From Octopus vulgaris (Eukaryota), in NCBI GenBank assembly GCA_951406725.2, contig OX597816.1, positions 88,784,001 through 88,848,000 of the forward strand: DNA of 64,000 nt, in the 5' to 3' direction. Position 1 is the stretch's first letter, and every line of letters begins with the position of its first letter. Made by a program: the position numbers and the translations under genes. Under the pieces are notes generated by a model that was not told where the DNA came from, made no database searches, and saw only the letters and a program-made list of their open reading frames with translations. This document shows positions 52,896 to 64,000 of this stretch, in pieces.

Positions 52896-53109
52896 TATGT
52901 ACGTAACATGCGATTTTTTCCACAACCTGCTTTCTAGAGGTAACAGGAGAAAGCATTGCAGCACTTAAAATAACCAAGTAAATAATTCATTTAAAACGCA
53001 GTAATAAATATACATTTTTATATATTATTATGTATATATATTAGTTAGGACAAGTATTATCTGATATCGAAATTATTATGTTGACTAGAGTGGACATATT
53101 TATATATAC

Positions 53110-53165
<56 letters not shown>

Positions 53166-53167
<2 letters not shown>

Positions 53168-54769
53168 ACGCAAACTCAACTGCTGCTCCTGGTGGTTCCC
53201 TAGCAATCCTCCTCAAATCGTGTAAGCGTGCTCTGGCGAAACCACTGCGGATTCTCTTCCAGAGCTTTCTTGCAAATTGGCAAGCTGCCAAGCAAACTGA
53301 AGGAAGGAATATGCCCAAACCATAAAAGAGGAAGCAGAGCAGATGCCAAAAATTAAAGGCCTATCTTTCTAACTTCACACATCAGCAAAGTCATGATAGT
53401 CAGAGGGGAACTAGTCGCATTCCTTGAAGAAAACGACTTGCTGTGTGATACCCAGCATGGCTTTCGACCATGTCGGAGCTGCCTGACACAGCTCTTACAG
53501 TACTATGATTGTGTGTTGAGGCAGCTACTCGACAACTCAAATATGAACTTAATATACCTTGACTTTGCAAAAACTTTTGATATAGTGGATCATGGTATGA
53601 TTTTCCACAAACTGCGTGATCTTGGTTTAGCTGGAAAATTTGGAGAGTGGGCACATGCCTTTCTGAAAGAAAGGCAGTAGTGGCCAATGGACCTACCTCA
53701 AAGAAAACTCAAATATTGAGTGGTGTTCCACAGGGTTTTTCATAGTGGCCTTCTCAGATATGCGCGCAGCTGCTCGGATAGCCAATTTGCTAGCTACGCA
53801 AACGATACGAAAGTCTCGCCGAAAATACAGAACCCCAGCGCTGTTGCACACCTGCAGCAAGAGGTGGACTCAATTTACAGATGGGCTGAGGACAATAATA
53901 TGCAGTTTAAGGCTGAAAACTTCCAAGCCATGCGCTACGAGCGTCCAAACCTGAATATAAAACTTTCAGGGTACAGTGGCCCTTAGGGGATTACAATCCC
54001 AGAAGCTAAATCAGTGCGGGACCTGGATATCGATATGAATGATAATACCTCTTTCCGAATGCACATTACCAGGACAGCGACAAAGTGCAGACGACTGGCT
54101 GGCTGGATCCTGAGAACGTTCAGAACCAGAGAGAAGGAACCCATGATCGTCCTCTGAAGGACATTCGTCCTTAGCCGCCTAGATTATTGTTCCCAGCTAT
54201 GATCACCCCACAGTGAAAAATTAAACAGCGGACCTTGAAGCAATCCAGCGAAGCTTCACAAAGAAGATCGTTTCATTGCAACATCTCAGGTACTGAGATT
54301 GGCTAAAACAGCTAAAACTTTACTCCTTGGAGCAAAGGTGAGAGAGATAACCAGTAATACACATCTGAAAGATCCTGGAAGGTTTATGCCAAATTTTGGC
54401 TTTGAAAGCTACACGAATGCTAGAATGGATCGCCACTGCACAGTGCCGAAGATCTCAGCAATGCCATCGCGCTTGGGGACCATTTACTGCAACAGCCTTG
54501 GTTCCAGGGACGCACAATTTGTTTTAATATTTTCCCAAAGATCCTGAGGGACCTATACAAAATGGATGTAGGTGTTTTCAAATCAAAACTGGATCTCTTC
54601 CTACTGAAAGTCCAGATGAATCTGGCAGGAGGTGCAAATGAGGGTAACGACATCAAACTCCCTTATTCACCAAATGCCACATATGAGAGGAGACACTCAA
54701 TAATAACAGTGTAGCAAAACGGCGGTGCCTCAGCATGCCCACAACTTTGAGCTGAAACTGATTAAAAAT

Positions 54770-54770
<1 letters not shown>
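53166..54770 (+). mobile_element. CR1-like LINE, 5'-truncated RT pseudogene with 3' end
   Basis: AILLKSCKRALAKPL, QHGFRPCRSCLTQLL, IYLDFAKTFDIVDHG, SYANDTK, RLDYCSQL; same family as 10515-12040. Confidence 0.92.
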
Positions 54771-54829
<59 letters not shown>

Positions 54830-54831
<2 letters not shown>

Positions 54832-55312
54832 GTAAATATATGGCACAGCGAAGTACCGATATTTACTGGAAATAGCGAACGTAATAATACGACGCTAATG
54901 TATAGCTTCACCGCGTATGTACTAGCAAAAATGCGTGTGTGCAACAAACTAGAAAAAACTTCTTCACCGTTCTCGTGCTGTTAGCGTTTCGGCGTTTCAG
55001 TCGAGTATAATGGCATTAATGTGGTAACATCTGAAAGGTTGTCGTGGTATATGTTTGGCTGATGAAGATAGATCAAGTTTATGGGTGGCAGACATATCTT
55101 GAAAAATCTGAAAACTGCGCAGGTCCCACATTATCCTTTTCCAGGTATTTCATCTTTCAGATGTTCTCCCTGGAGGTAAGACAATTTTTTCTAGTTTGTT
55201 GCACACACGCATTTTTGCTAGCACATACGCGGTGAAGCTATACATTAGCGTCGTATTATTACGTCGCTATTTCCAGTAAATATCGGCACTTCGTTGTGCC
55301 ATATATTTACTT
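54830..55312. mobile_element. Foldback element (~128-bp arms at 54830-54958 and 55185-55312) enclosing a hammerhead
   Basis: The arms are near-perfect reverse complements; nested IR AACATCTGAAAG/CTTTCAGATGTT; hammerhead in the loop. Confidence 0.85.
55051..55131 (+). ncRNA. Type I hammerhead ribozyme motif, canonical core
   Basis: atgt-tt-gg CTGATGA AGAT..TCAAG..CTTGA..ATCT GAAA a CTGCGCAG g TC ccacat; one mismatch at pair 15.2-16.2. Confidence 0.75.
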
Positions 55313-56539
55313 CTTTGTATATTTTTCCCTCAAGGGCTATTCTTTACTGGAAAGCAATACTCTAGTATTGCATTACTAATTTATATATATATATATTTCC
55401 ATATATATGTGCGTGTGCGCGCGTTGGCGTGTGTGTATGTGTGTGTGTGTTTGTGAAGTATAGGCAGCAGCAATAAGAGAAGCTCATTTGTAAAGTATTG
55501 TGTTTTAAATTAGTCGTTTATTTCCTGTGCTGCAATACTTTTGTCACATACCCTTAGAAAGCAGGTTGTGGTGAAAATCGTATTTTATAAATATGCAAAC
55601 AAAGATTTCTAAATAATTTACTCGAAATTCCGAAACCCTGCTGATCCTTCATTCTTAAGTGACTATACCTCAGCTATAGCAGAAAATATTGAAAATATCG
55701 GTACAGAAAGACGGGGATATTGTTGTTCCCAATTATGTAATTAAAATGTTTGATAATAGTGTTTGAAGTATGGTAAAATGTACTTTGAGATTTCTTTAAA
55801 AGAGTACATATACAAGAGCATTTTAGTGTTTAAATTGTATAGATATACACGACTGGATAGATAAATCCATCAAATCTTTGCTCTTGTTCTCTACCATGTA
55901 TTCTTTTAAATAAAATGCAATTCAATGTTGATGAGAATATTACAAATCGAATTAATATTCTACTTGAAGCATGCACAACCTATTATAAAATCTACAAGCA
56001 CTACAAGAAAATCTCTATTTCTCTGCCTATTTTACTGTAAAATGATCCACACCTCTCGAAAACTGGTTCTATTACAATTTAGGAATATAATTGTACCCCA
56101 AAACTAACAAAAATGCTTAGAGTAAAGCTCTCTGAAAATCATAATTGCGCCAGACCAATTTTGACTCCCTTAGAGAATATTCTGGCATGCATTGTGAGGA
56201 ATATCCTGATATACTACATCACAGTTTATTAACCGCAAGTTCCACAATAAGTCGACTACTGTACAAATCAGTCAGAAATGACGCCAGTACCACAGTTGTT
56301 ACTATGGTGCTGGTTTGCGTGTTTACATTTTTGATGGTTTGTCAACAACTATACAATATCTATTTTATTCACAACAGCGCATATATTTGAAGAACTTATA
56401 CATAAGAAACTATTTCTTATAATCGTCGTTTTGAAATAATTTAACGTTAAACACCATGTAGTATGCAAAAATATCCATTCATGTTATCACATTTGCTTGA
56501 TTGTTTTAGTTACGACAATATCCGCTCCGAAACATCAGA

Positions 56540-56910
56540 GAAAGTGTGTTTCATAATTGTGTATTAAGTTACTTTGATTAAAGTAGAGACAGAGTGACGA
56601 ATTGATAGGGGGTAGGTTTAGAGAGAAAGAACTGACAGGGGAGCTAATAAGGATACGTGGGTAGAGAGATGGAAGAGACGATATCAAGAATAGTTTAAGG
56701 AAGATGTTGGAATTTAATTGGACAGAGAAAGGGGCATAAGAATGCTCTGGTATGGTTGTTTTCTTTGTTGTATGTCCAAGTATTGTTTTTACATGTATAG
56801 GAATAGCAGATACCAAAATAAACTTACACCTATGGTGGATTCCGATCTGATAATACTTGTCCACGTGTTGCAAAAGACGCAATATTGAACACAGAAGACC
56901 TACCGCAAAT
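56540..56910 (-). mobile_element. Possible decayed Penelope GIY-YIG fragment
   Basis: Minus strand YCVFCNT../GQ..IG resembles 'IYCI.C..C...YIG'; frameshifted. Confidence 0.35.
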
Positions 56911-57876
56911 AATATTTAAAAGAAAACAATCAAAATCACTCACCTCCAACCACCCATGACTATTCGATCCCATCGCTCTAGCAACATAGTTTGCAGTAGA
57001 ACTAGTCTTAGTTGTGTGGGCCAACTAAAAGTGAATTGTTTGTTGTCACAATGATAGGTTTATCATAGTCTATGTATACATATCTAATATTACGACAAAT
57101 GTTCCTACTACAGAAAAGCTCGGTAAAGAGGCTCTCTATGTTTATCACGAAATTGTTGGCAACTTACAAAATTTCTTCGAACTGATCGGATGAGCTCTAA
57201 CATGCTGTCTCTTTTCCACACATTCTCCCTCTCTCCCTCTCTACACATCTCTCTCTCTCAACCCCCTCCCTCTCTTTCTCTCTGCTTCGCTATTCCTGTC
57301 TGGGGGCATACGTTTTTGAGACTAGTTTTTTACTGATTCTATGAGATGGTAATGTTTATTTAGAAGACTCTAAGTCGGAGATAATTATTGTTTACTAGTC
57401 TTTGCAGTACTATTGATCTACGTTAAACTAAACTCCATCTCTTTCTTCCTCTTTTTTCTCCCCTTCCCCTTCTCTTTCTCTCTAATTACTGGCAAGGAAT
57501 GGATCTACTTTGTGTTTGCAGCAATGACTGCATTATTCTGCTTTACTCCATTATCTTTCTTAATTTTAACGAATTAACTGTTATATAATCAACGTTGAGT
57601 TTTTAATATATTTCTTCGTTTGTCATACCAACAAACACATTGCTCTTATCTCTTAAACATATTACGATGTTGTTTTTCAGATCCGTCCTAAAAAGCTTGT
57701 TTGCGATTCTTATCCACTAATAATTCTGTTGTGTTTACATACGTGAGCGTAAATAAATTTCATCGTCAGAAGACAAAAGTTACATAACGTATTACAAAAG
57801 TAACAGTAAAACTGGGTATGGCGTTACGATATAATTTGTTAAAAGACATAAAACACATTTTTGAATACTAGGAAGA

Positions 57877-57927
57877 GTTTGATTTGAAACCCTTTATGGA
57901 CGGGAAACCTAAGGTAATCCCATAAAC
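57877..57927 (+). ncRNA. Hammerhead-like motif, U3-A8 variant
   Basis: gttt GAT TTGAAAC CC tttatggac GG GAAA CCTaAGG TA ATC ccat aaac; position 9 is non-canonical; flanked by a short IR (aaagacataaa / tttatgtcttt). Confidence 0.45.
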
Positions 57928-58141
57928 CGGCCTTCCCTATTTTTAATATATACTGTTCCTACGTCTTAGAGTATGCTTCTTCTTTCGGGTTTATGTCTTT
58001 ACAAACGATATATATATATAATGTTAAATTAATAATTATATACATATGTATATAATTATTAATTTAATGTGTAAACTACCTATAAATTTTTACAAAGTGC
58101 TGACAACCTGATAAAAATTGTTAACGTGATTTTATCCTTAT

Positions 58142-58310
<169 letters not shown>

Positions 58311-58601
58311 GGCAGAAATAACGAAAACTAAGCACAGTGTAGAAAAGTCTCTAGCTAGCCTTAAAGTTTTAGGTTGATCTGAAGAGAACAAGGGAACGTG
58401 AAGTAGTGAACGTCGGTGGAGTGATTTCAAGATATAAAAGAAGACGGATAAAGAAAATAAAGTAGCAACAGAGCGTTAGTAAAAGAGAGGGTGGAAGGCG
58501 AGTGAAAAAGATTTAAAGTCTGTAAAAGATGACGATAATTTAAAAGCTACGTAAAGTGAGTATGAATGTATATATATGTATATGTATATATACACAATAT
58601 A

Positions 58602-58664
<63 letters not shown>

Positions 58665-58915
58665 GTATGTATGTATGTATGTGTGTGTGTGTAGAACTCA
58701 CTCGAGTGTTACACACACACATACATCTTAAAGTTTTATTATATGAATGTTGCATAATGAACAAAACATCAATATTATGATTCATATCAACAAACAGGAT
58801 AATAATTTCCTCACCAATACGCCGTTGAAACAATTGTAAACTATGGAATAAATGTAATATCAACAACACTTTCCTTCAATTAAGTGTGTGTGTTATATAT
58901 GTGTGTCTGTCTCTA

Positions 58916-58964
<49 letters not shown>

Positions 58965-59619
58965 TAGATGTAGATATATGACTAGGTATGGAAACATGGA
59001 AAACCACTTGCTAAAAAAGCTATACGATCTAGAATTAATACAGTTTTTGCAGTTGACTCCATCTCACTACTCCTGTGGTATCACTTATGTTTGCAAACAG
59101 ACTGGTGGCAGATACTATAACGTAAAGTTAGAAGACATAAATTTCAGAGAACAAAAGATAAATACGACGAAAAATTACGGAGAGATAGAAAGAAATACAA
59201 TCCGAAGAATGAAAATATATCCTGGCCTGTGTTGAGAAAATGATCGAACGAACATAATACTAGCACAAATAAAAGACTGAAAGTGACTTCGTCGGAATAC
59301 AACGTGTCAAATGGAGAGCTGTTTAAGAACTTACAAACAAGATTACGCTTGCGGTCAGATAGAATAAAAAAATTGGAAGGTATTAGGCCAGCAACACCAG
59401 TAACAATGTACTGAATTAAAGTAGGCGGTACGTGAAAGTGTAAAGGGCGTAGAGGAGGAAAGATTAATAGACATGGAAGAACGATCATATCAAACGAAGA
59501 ACCCATTACGAGAAGACAAATAAAGAGAGAAGAAATATATATGTGTATATATATATATATATATAATGTATGTGTATATCTATAGATAATAATATATTAT
59601 TAAAAAATGCATGTATATA

Positions 59620-59667
<48 letters not shown>

Positions 59668-59904
59668 AATAATATATTATTATTAATAATATAAGAATAT
59701 TAATATCCAAACTCGTCATAAAGATATACCCGTGTGAAAGAACTTATTGTATTAAAAATATATATATAAATAAACAAATATAAAAATATAAATATAATGT
59801 ATAAAATAAATTTGATAGTTTAAAAGTTTTGAATTAATTATTTAAGCGTCTTACGATCGTTTCGCGGAAGAGTTGTCCCTATAATGAAATCCTATATTGA
59901 TAAG

Positions 59905-59942
59905 CAGTGGAATTCGTAGTAGGAAACTGAAAGAAGCCTGTC

Positions 59943-59986
<44 letters not shown>

Positions 59987-60230
59987 TTGTTTGTTTGTGT
60001 GTGTGCAAGTGTGTGTCTGTGTATGTCCTTCCACCATCACTTGACAACCGGTGTTGGTGCGTTTGCATCCCCGTAACTTAACGGTTCGGCAAAAGGGACC
60101 GATAGAATAAGTACTAGACTTACAAAGAATAACTCCTGGGGTCGAATTGTTCCTGTAAGGGTGGTGCTACAGCATGGCTGCATTCAAATGACCGAAACAA
60201 GTAAAATAATAGAAGAAAAGTAAAAGAATA
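59905..60230 (+). mobile_element. SINE family B, 3' two-thirds with expanded internal (TA)/(GT) tract
   Basis: ggaaactgaaagaagcctgtcg..cttgacaaccggtgttggtg..gaccgatagaataagtactag..ggtggtgctacagcatggctgca..gaaacaagtaaaa. Confidence 0.85.
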
Positions 60231-62591
60231 TATATATATATATACATGTATGTTTTCATATTTATAAATATATATATTTACTCACGTTTGGCACTCTGTT
60301 CGAAGTTTCAGCACGCGCACACACATTACCACGATCACATACACACACACAATTATATATGCAACACAAGTGCAATCACAAACGTCATGAAATTTCCCCA
60401 AATCATTTTAACTCAGTGTATTAAAAAGAAGTAAAGAAGAGCGATAAATTTGCAGATCTCCTATGATCGCCCACATATTTTCAGTATCTGTATCGCTTAC
60501 TTTTTAGAAAGACACTTTACTACTAGTAATCTACATGGTTATATATTCAGGGGATACAAGACATGAGACCTCCATTTTGATGCTTGCAGTCCTATTTCAA
60601 AAGTGTTCAGTGAGACGTAATTACCACCACCAATAACAATTATAAAAAGCAAAATGAGATTTGATAGTAAACTTAAACAAACGCCCATTTTGTGCCCAAT
60701 CACAGTTGAACATGACATTTGACTTAACTGTATTTATAAACAGTCCAAAACTGTGACATAATGCTTTACCACAAGGGAGAGAAGTTTGTTTCAGACACCA
60801 CAATTTACCGACGCAGACCAACCATTTTAAATTGTGTTTGCTTTAGAGTTTTGGTTAATGTATATTTTATCACGCACGATACAAATTATGTTGGGAAATA
60901 AATGAATATCAGGTCCCATACTGTCGTATTGATAGAGAGTAAATAAACACTTCAGGTTTTGTCTGTCTCATGTTCACGTGTCAAAAGTTGGTAAAATTTT
61001 ATAATTTTATCATTATTTCCTCCGCTTCAATTCGGTCAGTGAGTTTTCTGTTCAATTTTCTTGTGTCAGCTATATAAAACGAATATTACTCTTTATATTT
61101 TGCTTATGCATATTTATATTATCCTTAAGTTAAATTTGCTTTTACTATTTATCTAAAAGTTCGATAGCTATTAGCTGTAGTGATTTCTAATCCTGATTAA
61201 TTTTATAAGATAATACTTTCTTTTCTGTTACATACCTCCTTTTTCTCCTTTTGCAAAAGAAAGAAATAATTTTAATATCACAGTTATGCTTGCTTTTATA
61301 TGTTGCAGCAACAATATATAATCAATACAGAAATCTAGCGTTTCATAGATCTAACGTTAACTTCTTATAATAAACCGAAAAGATATCGCATCGTTTTATC
61401 ATGACACTTACATTTATATGGCCTTTTTACTTTTCGATTTCTACAAAAGAATTGTGCAATACGAGTGAATGAGGTCAGCTAATATAATGGGGGCCATGCA
61501 TTGGAAGCAGCTTTACCAGAAGACGTAACTAAAGGACAGTACTTAATATCAAGAGGTTAATCTAGATTGAGACAAAACTAGAAATCTATGAGGATTAAGT
61601 GGAGTCAAGCGAAACTGCGAAAAGATGAAATATAATGGCAGTAGACTTTTCGGCAGCTGGTTTTGAGATGTAATATTGAAAAACGCCAAGTTCAATAATG
61701 CTTTAAAATTAGTGTCATTGATCTTTACTTTATAGAAAAACTAACCTACAGCATTCCAGCATCATCATAATCGCTATAATCATTTGTGGACTACTTTTTA
61801 TATATATGAGATAATTATCATTCCGACTTGTCTGAAATACTGAGTAGGCAAGTCATTGATTTATGTCAGATACAACAGAAACAGCGAAGAAGTACGGTTT
61901 TCTATATATGACAGATGATGTTGAAATAAGAAATGTGTCTTATGTTGATGACTAGAGGTTGAAATCAGTAGACAATTATTAGATGACATGAGTTTACTGT
62001 TCTACACGCCATTTTTATAACTATTTGACTCGGATACGTTAAAAGAGTTCGCATAGCTACAAATTCGACCAGATTTTCGCTGCTTTTAGAAATCTTTAGA
62101 GATAAAAGTTATATTAGAAATATAATTTGGTGAGAGTTTGCGGCATTTGGTAGTTTTATCGTCATATCTCCAAAGTGTATCACAGTCAGTATATTATCTA
62201 AAAAGTTACTGAGACCGATTCGTTCGGCTAAAATCCTACAGCACGGCTGCAGTCTAATGACTAAAACAAATAAAAAGAGAAAAGATATCTGTTATGAGTG
62301 ACAACACTGGTTGCAAGATTCCCATAAGAAAACACTGATATTGTAAGAATACGAATTAAATAAAGGGTTTGAATTTGGTTGCTTACCATTTTAGAAACAG
62401 CATTTTCATCTCTATTTAATTGAAAATGACATATAAACTGACAGAGCCGTGAATAACCTTAGGCAGACGGGATGCTTACACATGGAATACACTTATGTGT
62501 TTATGCAATCAAACCTTGACTTGAGTCTAAACAGCAAAAACACGTAGATAATAATACTATTTTTTATCATTATCATTATTATTATTTATGA

Positions 62592-62780
62592 AGGCGGGGG
62601 GGGTAGGAGAACCGTTAGCACTCCGAGCAAAACGCTTTGCGGAATTTCGTCCGTCTTTACGTTCTGAGTAAAAATTCCGCCGAGGTCGACTCTTTCTTTC
62701 AGCCGTCGGGGTCGATAAAGTAAGTTCCAGTTGAACACTAGAGTCAAGGTAATCGACAATTACTGGCCTTATGCTAAAAT
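62592..62780 (+). mobile_element. SINE family A
   Basis: ccgttagcactccg..acgttctgagtaaaaattccgccgaggtcgact..cggggtcgataaagtaagt. Confidence 0.8.
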
Positions 62781-62869
62781 TTAAAGCCATTATTATTCTT
62801 ATTATTATTTATTCTTTTAACTCACGTTTTGTTGAAAGCCCTAGAATCTTGCACGCTATTTGTAACCTA

Positions 62870-63640
62870 CGGTAACATGCTATTTGTTCTCTTCAACTAT
62901 CTAGTTTTTACATGATGATACTGCCCGTACCACAAAAAAAAAACTTTTTGAAACAGCTCAACTGGACAAACTATTCCCAATTTCTTTATATTCCTTTCGG
63001 TATCTGTTGACTGTCTTAACAGTCCGTGAGTCAAATTGACATGCAACACCATTTACAGATCTCACGCAGGTTGTTTACTTTGTCCACCACCACTAAGTCC
63101 GGTTTATTGTGCTCAAGCACCTGGTCCGTTTGAATTGAGAAATCACACATAATTTTTCAGGTCCCCGACTCAGTCACTGTCGGAGATGTGTGGACGTACT
63201 ATTTCTTACTTCTCTTTATCCTTCACTTTCCACACGATCACTAACGTAGAACTTTTGCTCTCTTCCTATCGCCACAACTTATGCTGGATAGGAGCAAATC
63301 TAGGTCATTTACAATATTGGCAATAGTTACATCAATTTCATTATATATTCGACACAATGGTTACATTTTCTTATTTCTCTGACTGACGCTCCAATTTGTG
63401 ACCAAAGCTTGATCTTTTGCTATTAGTATAGAGCTAAAATGCTCTTTTTTAAGTGCTCCTTTCTTTAACGATTCCAACATGATCTCCAGTAACTTCGGTT
63501 GGGACTACATGAAATTTTTTGTTCCTTTTTGAGTAATGCTTCTTCATGTCCATTTTGTACTTCTTGGTTTGTTTTCTCAATTTCTCCCTAACTTTAGTAT
63601 GCTCCCTTCTCTTACTACTGCTAGCAACATTTCGTCACTT
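62870..63640 (-). mobile_element. R4/Dong-like non-LTR retrotransposon C-terminus with restriction-like endonuclease (decayed)
   Basis: Minus strand KDQALVTN, TIANIVND, then KIMCDFSIQTDQVLEHNKPDLVVVDK (REL 'WDF.IQTD...H.RPD.V..DK' motif). Confidence 0.75.
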
Positions 63641-63657
63641 TGAGGTGGATATCTCTG

Positions 63658-63949
63658 CAGTGTGGCCCACTGGTTAGGGCAGCGGACTCGCGATCGTAGG
63701 ATCGCGGTTTAGATTCCCAGACCAGGCGTTGTGAGTGTTTATTGAGCGAAAACATGTAAAAGCCCTACGAGGCTCCGGCAGGGGGTGGCGATCCCTGCTG
63801 TACTCTTTCGCTACAACTTTCTCTCACTCTTTCTTCTGTTGGCCTGCTCGCTTAGCCAGTGGGGTGGCGTCGTTTGAAGGCAAAAACAATGCGAAGCGCA
63901 TTGTGACAAGGGATGTTTAGCAGCATCTGATAGCCTGGTCGGTCACGGT
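63658..63949 (+). mobile_element. tRNA-derived SINE, family C, with 8-bp TSD
   Basis: Head GTGGCCCACTGGTTAGGGCAGCGGACTCGCGATCG..GGTTTAGATTCCC; TATCTCTG at 63650-63657 and 63950-63957. Confidence 0.85.
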
Positions 63950-64000
63950 TATCTCTGGAGCATGCAGAGATATCTGTGCTCAATATGCATTCAATCTTTC

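Noticed and set aside
57679-57745. Possible host exon (tttttcag|62 nt|gtgag)
   Set aside because: Such splice-like pairs arise by chance; the peptide IRPKKLVCDSYPLIILLCLH is unrecognisable and has no partner exons.
57755-57785. Minus-strand CTGACGA-T-GAAA as a hammerhead
   Set aside because: No stem II and no closing stem I or III.
63658-63730. tRNA gene (also heads at 8279, 9602 and 52895)
   Set aside because: No complete cloverleaf or acceptor stem; they continue into SINE bodies, one with a TSD.

Overview
AT-rich, microsatellite-dense eukaryotic non-coding DNA; the repeat content strongly suggests an octopus/coleoid genome (inference). I found no convincing host protein-coding gene, and most track ORFs are translations of simple repeats. 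The window is a patchwork of transposons. It holds an internally deleted Helitron (19447-22667) with both termini and an open ORF carrying 23-aa STPR-like repeats, a full-length decayed mariner plus a mariner 5' fragment, and a hAT right end. It also holds three CR1-type LINE pieces, R4/Dong-like REL LINE relics, Penelope-like (GIY-YIG) relics and several tRNA-derived SINE families. The most striking signal is a set of at least seven type I hammerhead-ribozyme-like folds at Penelope ends or in long foldbacks. Their core positions 3 and 8 co-vary through all four Watson-Crick pairs (C-G, A-U, G-C, U-A). All calls are by eye; no searches or folding were run.
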